Part shown: in pieces, positions 63,819 to 64,000 of the stretch
Numbering within the stretch: position 1 is the stretch's first letter
How the letters are laid out: the number at the start of each line of letters is the position of its first letter
Source: the human T2T-CHM13v2.0 reference genome, Homo sapiens
Assembly: GCF_009914755.1 (NCBI RefSeq)
Contig: NC_060934.1
Reading direction: 5' to 3' (one strand)
Length of the DNA stretch: 64,000 nt
Program-made: the position numbers and the translations under genes
The notes under the pieces: model-generated
What the model saw: only the letters and a program-made list of their open reading frames with translations
Told to the model about the DNA's origin: nothing
Database searches by the model: none

Positions 63819-64000
63819 GGCCGGGCACAGTGGCTCATTCCTGTAATCTCAGCACTTTGAGAGGCCAAGGTAGGAGAATGGCTTGAGCCCAGGAGTTCAA
63901 GATGAGCCTGGGCAACATGACAAAACCCCATCTCTACAAAAAAAAAAAAAACAATTAATTAGCCAGGCATGGTGGCACATGCCTGTAGTCCCAGCTATTT
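63819..64000 (+). mobile_element. Alu (AluJ-like), cut by window end
   Basis: GGCCGGGCACAGTGGCTCA... Confidence 0.9.

Overview
Primate (human-like) genomic DNA, dense in interspersed repeats: about 20 Alu/FLAM copies, a full-length decayed L1PA7-type element carrying a young AluY, old L1M/L2/MIR, MaLR and ERV solo LTRs, and Tigger/MER DNA transposons. No intact protein-coding gene is evident. The main observation is that much of the non-repeat DNA reads as exons of one large, decayed multi-exon gene on the minus strand, from at least ~62.5 kb down to a stop codon plus AATAAA at ~9.65 kb. It has canonical splice sites, mostly phase-compatible junctions, several 70-86 nt introns, scattered stop codons and three transposon insertions inside exons. 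I cannot name the gene; parts resemble large lipid-transfer proteins (apoB/vitellogenin/apolipophorin), which is an unverified inference. Other notable items are two ~90-100 bp copies of those putative exons inside nearby repeats, a U1 snRNA pseudogene retaining a PSE-like promoter, a 5'-inverted Alu and a strong CTCF motif. All translations and alignments were done by eye; repeat subfamily names are from memory and repeat boundaries are approximate.
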